Shown one piece after another: positions 9,920 through 19,677 of a stretch of 64,000 nucleotides of DNA. The translations under genes were made by a program, and so were the position numbers. Within the stretch, counting starts at the first letter, position 1. Each line of letters begins with the position of its first letter. The notes below the pieces were generated by a model. The model did no database searches. It was not told the origin of the DNA and saw only the letters and a list, made by a program, of their open reading frames with translations. The stretch comes from an uncultured virus (IMG/VR IMGVR_UViG_3300027732_002873) (taxonomy: Duplodnaviria; Heunggongvirae; Uroviricota; Caudoviricetes): IMG/VR virus record IMGVR_UViG_3300027732_002873, positions 1-64,000 of that record; one strand, 5' to 3'.

Positions 9920-10636
9920 ATGGACTGGATCCCACTGATAACAGCCAGGCATACAACATTTGCTTGGGACGATGCTGTACCTGAAGAAAGTATAATATTG
10001 TCAGCATTACAAGAAGTATATCAGCATATTCCAAGTAAGAATCTGCAATTTCCATATCAAGTACATTTGTTAAGAAATAATGACCCTGCTATTAGAAAAG
10101 AAATAATGACCATATGTCAACGAAACGGTCATGCAACCATTGAAGAAGATCCCGGAAATCCACAAGTACTTGCACCTTGGTTACTGGGTTTTAGTGCTAG
10201 ATGGGTTGGTGACTTGGAAGTGCGCTACGAAACTGAATCAATTAGAGGAACACTTGACGGCTTTGGAAAAGGGAAACACAGAACCAATGACATCGACGGC
10301 GGCCAGAGACAAACAGAAAATATAGAAATTGGCATATTTTCAGCATATATAATGCTGTCTCTTGCTAACAAAGGCATACAAACTGGAATGTGTCAAAATA
10401 TTTGTAATAATTATAAACGAGCCACTGAGATTTTTAACATAGATAATGATCCACGAGCATTGGATTTTAGATTTATTATGGGAGTGGGATACGGTAAAGA
10501 TCAACACTCTTGGCATAAATATTTTGACCCCAGAGTTGACAGCTTTAAACGAATTCCGTTTTCTCCGTCTAATGTAGAAAAAGTATATCCTCGGCCTGCA
10601 TTTGAAGACATAGTTAAACGAGTCAACCTGACATAA
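9920..10636 (+). CDS. nitroreductase-like flavoprotein
   Basis: N-terminal RHT, PSKN..FPY, GI.TG.C and MGVGY motifs. Confidence 0.75.
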   Translation: MDWIPLITARHTTFAWDDAVPEESIILSALQEVYQHIPSKNLQFPYQVHLLRNNDPAIRKEIMTICQRNGHATIEEDPGNPQVLAPWLLGFSARWVGDLEVRYETESIRGTLDGFGKGKHRTNDIDGGQRQTENIEIGIFSAYIMLSLANKGIQTGMCQNICNNYKRATEIFNIDNDPRALDFRFIMGVGYGKDQHSWHKYFDPRVDSFKRIPFSPSNVEKVYPRPAFEDIVKRVNLT

Positions 10637-10682
10637 ATTTAGTTTGATTGTAAAAAGGTAAATATTCATATAGGAGACAATC

Positions 10683-11321
10683 ATGGACTTTACCTTTGAA
10701 TTCACTGCCGAGATGCTGGCAAAATGCATCAAGAAAAATAAAAACCCCAACGAATGGTACGAGGGTTTATGCAATCAATTACCACAATTTGCCATTGTTA
10801 CCCCAGCTAGAGTTGCTGGTTTTATCAGCCAATGTCAACACGAAAGCGCAGACTTTACTGCACTAGTAGAAAACTTAAATTATAGTGATAAGGGTCTTGT
10901 AGGAACATTTAAAAAATACTTCCCTGATCTAGCAACAGCCACACCTTATGCAAGAAAACCAGAGAAGATTGCCAATAGAGTTTATGCTAATCGCATGGGC
11001 AACGGCCCTGAAGCCAGCGGTGATGGATTTAAATTCCGTGGTCGTGGACTAGTGCAACTCACAGGACGTGCAAATTACACACAGTGTAGCAAAGACTTGT
11101 TTGGTGATGATTGTCTTGTACAAAATCCAGATCTAGTCTGTGAACCAGAATACGCAGTTTTAAGTGCCTGTTGGTTTTGGCATAAAAATAAATTAAACGA
11201 TATCTGCGACAAGGGTGACGTAGTCTTATTGTCTAAACGAATCAATGGCGGTACACTGGGACTAGCAGATCGTATTCATCACTGGAATGAATGTATTGAG
11301 TTATTCGAAGCAGACCTATAA
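10683..11321 (+). CDS. GH19 endolysin (chitinase-like)
   Basis: F.SQCQHES, ENLNYS, YANRMGN, FRGRGLVQLTGR.NY and RINGG motifs. Confidence 0.95.
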   Translation: MDFTFEFTAEMLAKCIKKNKNPNEWYEGLCNQLPQFAIVTPARVAGFISQCQHESADFTALVENLNYSDKGLVGTFKKYFPDLATATPYARKPEKIANRVYANRMGNGPEASGDGFKFRGRGLVQLTGRANYTQCSKDLFGDDCLVQNPDLVCEPEYAVLSACWFWHKNKLNDICDKGDVVLLSKRINGGTLGLADRIHHWNECIELFEADL

Positions 11322-11476
11322 TGGAAACCTACATGGACGACTATGATTCTTACAAGAGGTTCACCGTCGCTTGTAAATGTCTAGCCTGTAGTTGTCAACA
11401 TCACTGCAATACGGGCTGTGAATGTGATACCTGCCCCGACTGTGAGTGTCCGCATTGTGTTACCAATGACGAATAG
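11321..11476 (+). CDS. Cys-rich metallothionein-like peptide (51 aa)
   Basis: METYMDDYDSYKRFTVACKCLACSCQHHCNTGCECDTCPDCECPHCVTNDE; TAATG coupling to the endolysin stop. Confidence 0.65.
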   Translation: METYMDDYDSYKRFTVACKCLACSCQHHCNTGCECDTCPDCECPHCVTNDE

Positions 11477-11651
11477 TATTTGCTATAATAAAAAAGCAGG
11501 TAACAACGTGGATCACTACCCAAAATGTTTTAAAGAACAGTGCAATCCTTGCTTCACGTAAGGTAAGTATGGGCACGTCGGGGCGATCATGATCCGACGT
11601 GCCCATTAGGTGTCCTGTTGCTCTAGCCCAAATACGTTCTAAGCTATTCAC
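11460..11651 (-). CDS. small membrane protein
   Basis: 63 aa, C-terminal TM, ends IANTIRHW. Confidence 0.7.
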   Translation of the reverse strand: MNSLERIWARATGHLMGTSDHDRPDVPILTLREARIALFFKTFWVVIHVVTCFFIIANTIRHW

Positions 11652-12154
11652 GCAAACAAATTCTCATTCCATTCACGATGACCTTCTCTAAAAGCCATGT
11701 TGCTTTGTGTCTCACGTACTTCTACACGATAGCACCACAAGCGTTGAGCCTCACCATGTCCTAGATAATCCGGGATATACACACCATTAACGTACTTGTA
11801 AAGCTGATCTGCTAGGCCTTCACAACCTACTTTTGGTAGTATAGTAAGTTTAGCAATGCCACGCTTTTGCATTTCTAGATACAGATCCATATGAGGATCA
11901 TCTTCGGAAACAAGTAGTGTATGATCAAATTGACTTTCCAATACACCTTTAAGTTCTTTTAAGCCGCCGTAGTCAGCTGCCCAGTTTCGTGCATCTAGAT
12001 AGTTGGTACCAAAGTAAAACTTCATGCTAAACGAGTAGCCATGAATTGTGTTACAGTGACTATCTGCCCTCCACTGACGATAAGCGCAGGGAAATGCGTC
12101 GTGATACTCTTTTGTTGATGTGTACATATATTGTACAGGTTGTAGATTTGCCAT
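11648..12154 (-). CDS. queD: 6-pyruvoyl/6-carboxy-tetrahydropterin synthase (QueD/PTPS family)
   Basis: C..IHGY, DYGGLK, FDH, CE.LA and VEVRE motifs. Confidence 0.88.
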   Translation of the reverse strand: MANLQPVQYMYTSTKEYHDAFPCAYRQWRADSHCNTIHGYSFSMKFYFGTNYLDARNWAADYGGLKELKGVLESQFDHTLLVSEDDPHMDLYLEMQKRGIAKLTILPKVGCEGLADQLYKYVNGVYIPDYLGHGEAQRLWCYRVEVRETQSNMAFREGHREWNENLFA

Positions 12155-12223
12155 GTTTTCTCCTATGTTAATTATAGCATAGGCAGCAGAATTTGTAAAG
12201 CGGGATGATGCTCAAAGGCCGCT
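12155..12223 (-). promoter_or_regulatory. candidate riboswitch in the queD leader (preQ1-I-like architecture)
   Basis: P1 AGCGG/CCGCU; loop AGCA can pair with tail UGCU; CCUAUG/CAUAGG hairpin covers the SD. Confidence 0.55.
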
Positions 12224-12234
12224 GTAAGTACTTA

Positions 12235-13191
12235 TCAAGGCCTGCCGATTAGCATGACTCGTTTGTACCCTTTTAATTGAAGTTCACCTTCAAATAAAAT
12301 TTCTTTCATTGGAAACTTTTTCTTCATATGATCAATGCCATGCACACAATTAATATGCTCGGGTATATCGAATAAGTTATTGCTTTGGATAGCGACAATT
12401 GGATTACTTTCCATTTCTTTAAATCGAATTTGATCGAACCATTCTTCATCCATGTGTTCTGCACTGGTATTAATAATTAAATCTGGCAAGAATTTTTCTT
12501 TAAGTACTTTACCAGTCGTAAAATTTTCCAAATCTAATTCGTAGCCGTTTTTATGTAATATCATATTGTTAATATCTGCACATGAGCTTTTAACTTTATA
12601 GTTTTCTAGATCATATAAATTGAACACACCATCGCTGATTTCACAACTCAGACGGTCCAAGTCTACAAATCTCATTTTACTGTAAGTTAACTTTTTAACA
12701 TATATCGATTTGAATTGTCCAAACCATCCTGCTAGCACCAGCACGTTATCGTGATTTTTTTGTATCTTATATAATTCATCTGCAAGCCAAAGTTTACTTT
12801 GTATTTGACCCCTACTAAATGCATCCGATATAGCATCCGAACTACTTTGTTCGTGTCTGAAATATCTGTGCAGTTGAAAAAATATCTTTTCGTCGGGAAA
12901 CATAATTTTAGCAATTTTGGCCCATTCATCTACTTCAATATTCTCTTCACTGTCAGTTGCAATTGCCTTGAATGCTTTCAGCACAAAAGTCAATACCTTG
13001 GGAAAATCTTCTTCGCTGGTTTTTTCTTTGGCAGAGATTATTAATTTTTTAACAGTATTCAGCGGATCGTCTGAGTAATTTAAGTTTAGATAATGATGCA
13101 CATATTCTACTGCTTCATCTCTATCTGTAAATTTTAAAAAATCTTCTAAGCCGTGTAACCAACTCAGTGTGTCCTTGCCGTTCGTTTCCAT
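12235..13191 (-). CDS. class I SAM-methyltransferase-like protein
   Basis: VLVLAGWFG, FVDLD, INTSAEHM and QSNN motifs. Confidence 0.65.
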   Translation of the reverse strand: METNGKDTLSWLHGLEDFLKFTDRDEAVEYVHHYLNLNYSDDPLNTVKKLIISAKEKTSEEDFPKVLTFVLKAFKAIATDSEENIEVDEWAKIAKIMFPDEKIFFQLHRYFRHEQSSSDAISDAFSRGQIQSKLWLADELYKIQKNHDNVLVLAGWFGQFKSIYVKKLTYSKMRFVDLDRLSCEISDGVFNLYDLENYKVKSSCADINNMILHKNGYELDLENFTTGKVLKEKFLPDLIINTSAEHMDEEWFDQIRFKEMESNPIVAIQSNNLFDIPEHINCVHGIDHMKKKFPMKEILFEGELQLKGYKRVMLIGRP

Positions 13192-13754
13192 TATTTTCTC
13201 TCAGGGTATTGTGTTATATTTAAGTTCCTGAAACAACTTTGTAGTGCCACAATTTGACTCCAACAATCCCAAGCGGCATGGTGTAGTCTCGGATTAGGAC
13301 GTTCGTGTTCTACTAGGCCATAGACTGTTCTAGTATCTTTTACCTGCCAATACTTCCATGGCGCACCTCGTTTAAGTTGTTTACACACTTCTTCTAAAAT
13401 AACAATGTCAAAGGCAGGACCATTGGCCCACATATTGTTATAGCTGCCGCACCAACGATAAAAGTCTAACATTACTTGTTGAATAGGATGTCTATCATCG
13501 TCTGTGAATGCTTCGTGTTGTACTTCAGGTTTTTGTTTACTCCACCAAGCCAGAGTGTTGTCATCAATGTGAGCACTGGGCCACGTAAAGCTAGCAGGGT
13601 CTATTCGACGATAGAAAGTATCCATGAGGATCTTGTCGCCTTCGAAACTTTCACGATCATCGGCAAAGGGATCAAAGCGAATTGCGCCTATGGTAATTAC
13701 CACCGAATTAGGAGTGGTGGCAAGGGTTTCAATGTCCACCATAATGTCTGCCAT
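13191..13754 (-). CDS. DEDD 3'-5' exonuclease (DUF5051/Rv2179c-like)
   Basis: MVDIETL, WANG..FD, DTRT and HHA.WD motifs. Confidence 0.88.
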   Translation of the reverse strand: MADIMVDIETLATTPNSVVITIGAIRFDPFADDRESFEGDKILMDTFYRRIDPASFTWPSAHIDDNTLAWWSKQKPEVQHEAFTDDDRHPIQQVMLDFYRWCGSYNNMWANGPAFDIVILEEVCKQLKRGAPWKYWQVKDTRTVYGLVEHERPNPRLHHAAWDCWSQIVALQSCFRNLNITQYPERK

Positions 13755-13755
13755 G

Positions 13756-13986
13756 TCAAGCCTTTGATTGTTTTGCTTCGAGGTTGCGCCACGCTTCCTC
13801 TTCTTCTATTGTAACATCATGCACTTGCTTTGTCAAACTCCAAGCGCCATTGCCCAGATCTGTCCAGTTAAGCGTGTCGCCTTCCTGCCAGCCTGCTCCG
13901 ACGAGCAAATCTTGTGGCAACGGCATAACCAAATCACCGCTGCCGTCATCTGCTTCTTCCAGTGTAATTGTCCACTTATTCGTCAT
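13756..13986 (-). CDS. AbrB/MazE-like swapped-hairpin protein
   Basis: GDLVMPLPQDLL...GWQEGDTL.W motif. Confidence 0.7.
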   Translation of the reverse strand: MTNKWTITLEEADDGSGDLVMPLPQDLLVGAGWQEGDTLNWTDLGNGAWSLTKQVHDVTIEEEEAWRNLEAKQSKA

Positions 13987-14431
13987 GTTTGATTACCTCT
14001 ACTCCGCTTTGTTTAAGAAATTTGATTCCATTATCGTCTCTATAATTTTCACTATAAAAAACCCTACGAATGCCTGATTGAAATATAAGTTTACTGCATT
14101 CCATGCAAGGAGCATGAGTAATAAAAATGTCTGCACCGTCACCACTGTCATTAGACTTGGCCAATTTTGCAATAGAATTACTTTCTGCATGAAGTACCTC
14201 TGGTCTTGTTGTCAATATACCATTACCTGTTCGAGTTTTAGTAACAAGATCAAATTCTGTTTCTTCGCTTTCACAGTTGTTATCCCAACCTGCGGGCATG
14301 CCATTGTAGCCCATACTGATAACTCTGTCGTCTTTAACAATAACGGCGCCCACTTGTAGCCTACGAGCATGACTCATTTTGGCTACTTCGTGGGCGATGT
14401 TGTTATATAATTTTTGAAACTTAGGCTTCAT
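13976..14431 (-). CDS. dCMP deaminase
   Basis: VGAVIVKD, GYNG, HAE.N and PC..C motifs. Confidence 0.93.
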   Translation of the reverse strand: MKPKFQKLYNNIAHEVAKMSHARRLQVGAVIVKDDRVISMGYNGMPAGWDNNCESEETEFDLVTKTRTGNGILTTRPEVLHAESNSIAKLAKSNDSGDGADIFITHAPCMECSKLIFQSGIRRVFYSENYRDDNGIKFLKQSGVEVIKHDE

Positions 14432-14930
14432 TCTTTAATTGTTTTAGAATACTATTGGCACTGGTTGTTTCTACTACAGAATAATCGTCGACTGTTACAT
14501 ATTCTATAACGCCATTATTGACGACAAATGCCCATCTTCCGCATCGTGTACTTAGACCTTCAAATGTAAAATCGTGCGATAAGTTGTTTGCTTTAACAAA
14601 GAATCCATCACCGTCTCCATAAAACTGAACATTGTTTGTACCAGCAACAGCCTGCACATGTTCTTGAAACTTCTTCATGACAAATGCATCTTGAACATAT
14701 AATCCAATAATGTCATCTATTTTACATGCAAGAATTTTTTTACTTTGACGTTCAAATTCAATCGCTTGCTCAGTATCTAATTTACTGAATGGTGCCGGAC
14801 CCATGAATACCAATAATCTTTTACCTTCGAACAGATCTTTGATACTCACGCTTTCATGAAGTCCGTTGGGGTTAATTCTATATACTACACCAAGGTCTAC
14901 TGTCTGTCCTTTTTTCAATGCCAATGTCAT
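14421..14930 (-). CDS. peroxiredoxin-5/redoxin-like protein (atypical active site)
   Basis: DLFEGK, PAPFS, DAFVM and DGDG.F motifs; the usual peroxidatic Cys after P.AFT/S is absent. Confidence 0.7.
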   Translation of the reverse strand: MTLALKKGQTVDLGVVYRINPNGLHESVSIKDLFEGKRLLVFMGPAPFSKLDTEQAIEFERQSKKILACKIDDIIGLYVQDAFVMKKFQEHVQAVAGTNNVQFYGDGDGFFVKANNLSHDFTFEGLSTRCGRWAFVVNNGVIEYVTVDDYSVVETTSANSILKQLKNEA

Positions 14931-15595
14931 TTTCTATCTCCAAATAAATTTAATAAATTAAGAAACAAGTTAATAAAATTCATGTACAGAATTAGCGCAC
15001 CGCGAACTTCAGCAACTCCGTTAGTTTCATAACTAACTTCTTCTCTAATCTTTTGTGTATCATAAGCAGTTAATCCAAGGAAGATGATGATAGCCAATGC
15101 TGAAATCACCATCTGCATAACAGTACTACCGATGAAGATATTGACAATACTGGCAATGACAATAGCAATTAAACCTACAAACATAAATTTGCCAACACTA
15201 TCCAAACTACGTTTGGTAAAATAGCCATATCCACTCATCACAGCAAACAAAATTGCGGCTCCCATGAATGCACTTACAATACTACCCATAGTAAACATAG
15301 CGAAGATTGTAGCAAAACTCAATCCCATTAATGCTGAAAATCCATAGAGCATGAGTTGAGCACCTTGTTTGTTTACCTTTTCCATGGCAAAACTAATTGC
15401 AAAAATTGCAACAAGTGGCGCAAAGATTACAATCCATTTCAATACGCCTGTAAAGAAAAATTCTAATAGTTCAGGAGTAGTTCCTACAAAATAACTAACA
15501 ATCATGCTGATGATAACTGCTAGACTCATGTGTCCATAAACACGGCCCATGGCTGAATTAATTTCAGTGGCACTTCTATAAATTGCAAATTCCAT
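14927..15595 (-). CDS. Bax inhibitor-1/YccA family membrane protein
   Basis: Seven TM helices; LTAYDTQ.I and GAL.LY.NF.NLF motifs. Confidence 0.92.
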   Translation of the reverse strand: MEFAIYRSATEINSAMGRVYGHMSLAVIISMIVSYFVGTTPELLEFFFTGVLKWIVIFAPLVAIFAISFAMEKVNKQGAQLMLYGFSALMGLSFATIFAMFTMGSIVSAFMGAAILFAVMSGYGYFTKRSLDSVGKFMFVGLIAIVIASIVNIFIGSTVMQMVISALAIIIFLGLTAYDTQKIREEVSYETNGVAEVRGALILYMNFINLFLNLLNLFGDRK

Positions 15596-15600
15596 TTCAA

Positions 15601-15924
15601 TTACCTTTCTAATAAATCACGTTTGTTGGGTTTACCGTTCCATTCCTCGTGATCAGGCAGGGCGGGTTTTTGTTTAGTAATTCTCTTCCAAGATTTACTC
15701 AATTCTTTATTCCATTCTATAAAGACTTTTTGATCTTCTGGTAAATCAGTGTCAGCATAAATTGCATCAATGGGACATTCTGGCACACACACTGCACAGT
15801 CGATACATTCGTCGGGATTAATTACTAGAAAGTTTGGGCCTTCGTAGAAGCAATCTACTGGACAAACAGCCACGCAATCTGTGTGTTTGCACTTAATGCA
15901 GTTTTCTGTTACGACATAAGTCAT
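15601..15924 (-). CDS. fdxA: 7Fe ferredoxin
   Basis: [28 protein letters not shown] and [12 protein letters not shown]. Confidence 0.95.
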   Translation of the reverse strand: MTYVVTENCIKCKHTDCVAVCPVDCFYEGPNFLVINPDECIDCAVCVPECPIDAIYADTDLPEDQKVFIEWNKELSKSWKRITKQKPALPDHEEWNGKPNKRDLLER

Positions 15925-15947
15925 TTATATTTCCTCTTAACTATTAT

Positions 15948-16340
15948 TTATCGGCGCATTGATGAAATTGCAATGGCTTCTTCATTACTGAAAATTGGAA
16001 CAGCATTACTTTTATGCATAGTACCGATACCCAAAACTTTTGTACCTGTATATTGTGGAATACCTTTAGTTTTAACTGCACCACTATGTCCAGTGTCTCG
16101 ACTGGCAATCTTTTGTGTTTCTCTGCCCACAGGTGCAGACAGTTTATAATCCAAAGGTTCGGCAGACATCGCTCGCTTACGCTTTTTCTCTTCTGCGTCT
16201 ACTCCCCATTTAGCCTGGAGTTCTTTCCATTCTTTGTCCAATTGTTCCGCCTTGTGTTTTGCTGCCGCACTGGCAAATTTAACCTTGCCTTTTTTCTTGC
16301 CGTTGTAGCTAAGGCTAGGGTGATGAAGATGCATACTCAT
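15948..16340 (-). CDS. hypothetical phage protein
   Basis: Basic 130-aa ORF with GIGTMHKSNAVP motif; GGAG SD. Confidence 0.75.
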   Translation of the reverse strand: MSMHLHHPSLSYNGKKKGKVKFASAAAKHKAEQLDKEWKELQAKWGVDAEEKKRKRAMSAEPLDYKLSAPVGRETQKIASRDTGHSGAVKTKGIPQYTGTKVLGIGTMHKSNAVPIFSNEEAIAISSMRR

Positions 16341-16363
16341 AGGTTCTCCAGTAATATTTGTAT

Positions 16364-16392
16364 ATTATACTACAGAAGAGATTTTATGTCAA
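16364..16392 (-). promoter_or_regulatory. sigma70 promoter
   Basis: TTGACA-17 nt-TATAAT. Confidence 0.85.
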
Positions 16393-16638
16393 TTATTTTG
16401 ATAAAGTATAGATTAGAATAGCTTCGTCTAATGCGTGTTTTAATGCGGAATTGGTTTTGGCAACTCTGCGTATATCGCCCCAAAGTTTATCTTCTTTTAG
16501 TTGTTCATGAAGACTAACTGCTCGCGGACTTTGGACGTGAAGTTGTCGTTGACTACTACCCGACTCTCGCACATAGATGGTTTCGCCACCATCCGGACTT
16601 TCGTAGATCACTGCTTCAGTGATTTTACTGACCATCAT
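16393..16638 (-). CDS. hypothetical phage protein
   Basis: [13 protein letters not shown] motif. Confidence 0.7.
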   Translation of the reverse strand: MMVSKITEAVIYESPDGGETIYVRESGSSQRQLHVQSPRAVSLHEQLKEDKLWGDIRRVAKTNSALKHALDEAILIYTLSK

Positions 16639-16958
16639 ACGCTGAAGCTACTGCCGCAACCACAACTGGTTTCTGCATTGGGATTTTTAATTACAAAGTT
16701 TGAACCTTCAATGTCTTCTTTGTAATCAATGACAGAACCTTGTAAGTATTGCATACTCATTGCATCAACAAGATATTTTACTCCTTGTTGTTCGATGACA
16801 AAATCATCTTCATTTTGTTCAGTTTCCAAAGTAAAGCCATAACTCATTCCTGAACAGCCGCCGCCTTGCACAAATACTCGTAGACTTGCGGTAGGATCAT
16901 TTTCTTCTTTTAAGATTGACGATACTTTTGTATCAACGTTTTCTGTAATTGTGATCAT
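16635..16958 (-). CDS. erpA: A-type Fe-S cluster carrier (ErpA/IscA)
   Basis: [12 protein letters not shown] and [12 protein letters not shown]. Confidence 0.93.
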   Translation of the reverse strand: MITITENVDTKVSSILKEENDPTASLRVFVQGGGCSGMSYGFTLETEQNEDDFVIEQQGVKYLVDAMSMQYLQGSVIDYKEDIEGSNFVIKNPNAETSCGCGSSFSV

Positions 16959-16959
16959 A

Positions 16960-17475
16960 TTATTCCTTTGTTATCATTACTAGATGTAATCTATTTTCCA
17001 AACTGCCATTCATAAAAGTATGTGGTTTAGTTGTATCAATCCAAGTTGTCATTCCATTTGCTGGTAGATGAAACATTTGTATCGGATTTGTTATTAAAAA
17101 ATTGCATTGCTTATTAGTTATCAACGGTAAATGCAATCTTGGACTGTGATCACTATGAACACTGTAACAAGATTTAGATTTAGATAACATAATTCTTGCT
17201 CGATAAACGGGAATACCTAGCCATTTGATATATTTATCTACGGGCGTGCCAATTAAACTTGGTTGAATATATTTAAATTGTTGCTCCCACTCGGGAGTTT
17301 TTGCAACACTTTTTCCTATTCCAGAAGTCCAGTTATCTATATTTGGATCATCTGTTTGAATAGCCAGCTGGCCGTCTTCGTTATTCGGCCAATCAGCGTA
17401 TTGCTTGCCTAGATATATACATTGATCCACTATTTCTTTGAATTCAGGGTACATTGATTTAAACTGTATATGCAT
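16960..17475 (-). CDS. AspH-like 2OG-Fe(II) oxygenase
   Basis: HSD...RLHLPL.TN...H...N...R.HL. Confidence 0.8.
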   Translation of the reverse strand: MHIQFKSMYPEFKEIVDQCIYLGKQYADWPNNEDGQLAIQTDDPNIDNWTSGIGKSVAKTPEWEQQFKYIQPSLIGTPVDKYIKWLGIPVYRARIMLSKSKSCYSVHSDHSPRLHLPLITNKQCNFLITNPIQMFHLPANGMTTWIDTTKPHTFMNGSLENRLHLVMITKE

Positions 17476-17607
17476 ATTGATATTTATTCAAGATAGTCGA
17501 ATCTCTAATGTCGTTTATCACAATAACAGTCTTTTGCAGGTAGTATCGGTGAGATTGATAATCGCAATGTGCATCTTGTATTCTGAATAGAGATAATAAA
17601 TTATAAT

Positions 17608-18324
17608 ATGAATAACAAAAATATTATTGTAGGTAAAAAACATGCTGTGAGAAGACCCACCAAATATAACAGCGCCACAATTAGCCAAGAAACTGTCACG
17701 GATGAATTAGCGTTATTAACACTGGGAGACTTTGAATCTTTAAACTTTTTTATAGATCCAGGACAGTTCAATCGTGAAATTGCGAAATTTGACAGTGACT
17801 GGGTAGATTATTTGCCAAGAGCAGATAGACTTAATAATAGAAAAGGTCTAGCGGTTACTAACCTTGAAGGCAAAACACATCAGGATAATCCCAGCCAAGC
17901 ACAGGCCAGTCATGCTGCCGGTAGAAAAGTATTTGAGAAAGAGTTTTCTCACCACACAGAAGTTTACCAAAATTGTCCCAGTTTACATCCTTTATTGGAT
18001 ACATTCTCTCCATTGGGCAGAACATTTTTAGTAAAAAGTAACATGGGCGGATATTTTACTCCACACAGGGACCATCCTGAAATACCAAGAGAAACATTTA
18101 GAATTGCAGTGTTTTTAAAAAATTGCGGAACCTATGACTATGACTGGATAATCGGCACCGATACAAAACTCCAAATTGAAGAAGGCCGGGCTTATTACAT
18201 TAACACTAGACGAACACATAGAACAATTAGCTGGGTCGACAACAGCATACATCTGATTCTCAATGTACCGTTTACCACTGACAATGTATCTAAATTGATT
18301 GCAAATCTTAAACACGGGCATTGA
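17608..18324 (+). CDS. 2OG-Fe(II) oxygenase-like protein
   Basis: GGYF.PHRD and later H. Confidence 0.75.
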   Translation: MNNKNIIVGKKHAVRRPTKYNSATISQETVTDELALLTLGDFESLNFFIDPGQFNREIAKFDSDWVDYLPRADRLNNRKGLAVTNLEGKTHQDNPSQAQASHAAGRKVFEKEFSHHTEVYQNCPSLHPLLDTFSPLGRTFLVKSNMGGYFTPHRDHPEIPRETFRIAVFLKNCGTYDYDWIIGTDTKLQIEEGRAYYINTRRTHRTISWVDNSIHLILNVPFTTDNVSKLIANLKHGH

Positions 18325-18932
18325 TTTATATGAATAATGCCATTGAGTTAAACTGGCCGCCATTGGGCACAGAAGTCTCTGAAAAAATAATCAAACATTA
18401 TGAACAGTACAAGCATTACGGAAAAAGGTTCAAAAGAATAGAACAGGGTAAAAGTATGGTTCAGGATGATTTTGAAGTTGAAACGGCTGGATCTTATCAA
18501 TTGCAGAAATGGCCAGAGCATATGAATTTCCTTGATGAGATTTTTCATGGTCACAAAATTAATAGAAAATTTTTAGAATATATAACACTGCAACGAAGTA
18601 TCAACGAACTGCCGCCGCATACAGATACCTTTAGAAAGATGAGTATAATCTATGTAGTAGAAGGCGCGGCTGATACTGTATTTTACAAACAAAAGGATAT
18701 TAGTAATACCGTGGCTGCTAGAATGTTTGAAAAAAGTGAACTGACAGAAATAAATCGATATAAATTTGATCTTAACAAATGGTATCTAATTAATAATTCA
18801 GCGATACATGCAGTGGATAATTATGTAGGTAAAAGAACAAGTCTTTTGTTTGACCTTACCTACATAAAAGTATTCCAAGATTATGAAGATGCCGCAAAAA
18901 ATGTCAACGACAGTAAAATTTTATTTTTGTAA
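18321..18932 (+). CDS. 2OG-Fe(II) oxygenase-like protein
   Basis: PPHTD...IHAVDN....R. Confidence 0.75.
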   Translation: MIYMNNAIELNWPPLGTEVSEKIIKHYEQYKHYGKRFKRIEQGKSMVQDDFEVETAGSYQLQKWPEHMNFLDEIFHGHKINRKFLEYITLQRSINELPPHTDTFRKMSIIYVVEGAADTVFYKQKDISNTVAARMFEKSELTEINRYKFDLNKWYLINNSAIHAVDNYVGKRTSLLFDLTYIKVFQDYEDAAKNVNDSKILFL

Positions 18933-18934
18933 AA

Positions 18935-19633
18935 TTAATCAGTGTATGTAAAAATACTGATACCCAGTTTGCTGATAATGCCGCGCTGTCTAAAGTCGCT
19001 GGCACAATGAAGTTTTAATGCATCGAATATAATTGCAGATCCCGGCTTCCATGCATGAATCGAATTTAAACTAAGTCCATGTAACCAATTTGGTTTTATA
19101 TGTGTTAGATATTTCTGCATGTCATTGGCACTGATACCAGTCAAGGATTTGTTTTGTACTTGAGAGTATTCGTAGACTTGTTGATTATAATATGTAGGAA
19201 TATTATTGGAGCCATTAAAAAATTTACTTGGTCCTTCCAAGTAATACTGATCAAAGATACATAGACTGGGTAGCTCTGTAGAAACCACAAAATACTCTAA
19301 TTTCAATGGCAATGTAATTGCTTTATAAGTCAAAGGAAATGACTTCTCGTCATCATTGTGTATGATATGCGGCGTTTTTACATTAAAGAATGCCGCAGAA
19401 TAAATCTTAAAATCACCAATTAAAGGTCGGAGTCTTTCTACTATAGATTCTAGAATAGGATCTTTCATAATAGAATCGCAGGTCACTGGTCCTGTGTTCT
19501 TGTAAATTTTGTTGTTTGAGTTATCAAACAACTCGACTAGATACTGGATTTCTTCAGGCTGTAGAAATTCTTCTACATAGATAGTGTCAGTGAATCTGGA
19601 CACTAGCAATTCTTTATCTTCTGATGATCTCAT
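18935..19633 (-). CDS. 2OG-Fe(II) oxygenase-like protein
   Basis: HND...WKPGSAIIFD...LHC; start MRSSED behind TATAAATA. Confidence 0.75.
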   Translation of the reverse strand: MRSSEDKELLVSRFTDTIYVEEFLQPEEIQYLVELFDNSNNKIYKNTGPVTCDSIMKDPILESIVERLRPLIGDFKIYSAAFFNVKTPHIIHNDDEKSFPLTYKAITLPLKLEYFVVSTELPSLCIFDQYYLEGPSKFFNGSNNIPTYYNQQVYEYSQVQNKSLTGISANDMQKYLTHIKPNWLHGLSLNSIHAWKPGSAIIFDALKLHCASDFRQRGIISKLGISIFTYTD

Positions 19634-19677
19634 ACAATATTTATATAGATGCACAAGTCATCAGAAGATAAATTTGA

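Noticed and set aside
11648..12154. Complete 7-deazaguanine DNA-modification pathway
   Set aside because: Only queD is in the window; folE, queC, queE and dpdA were not recognised here.
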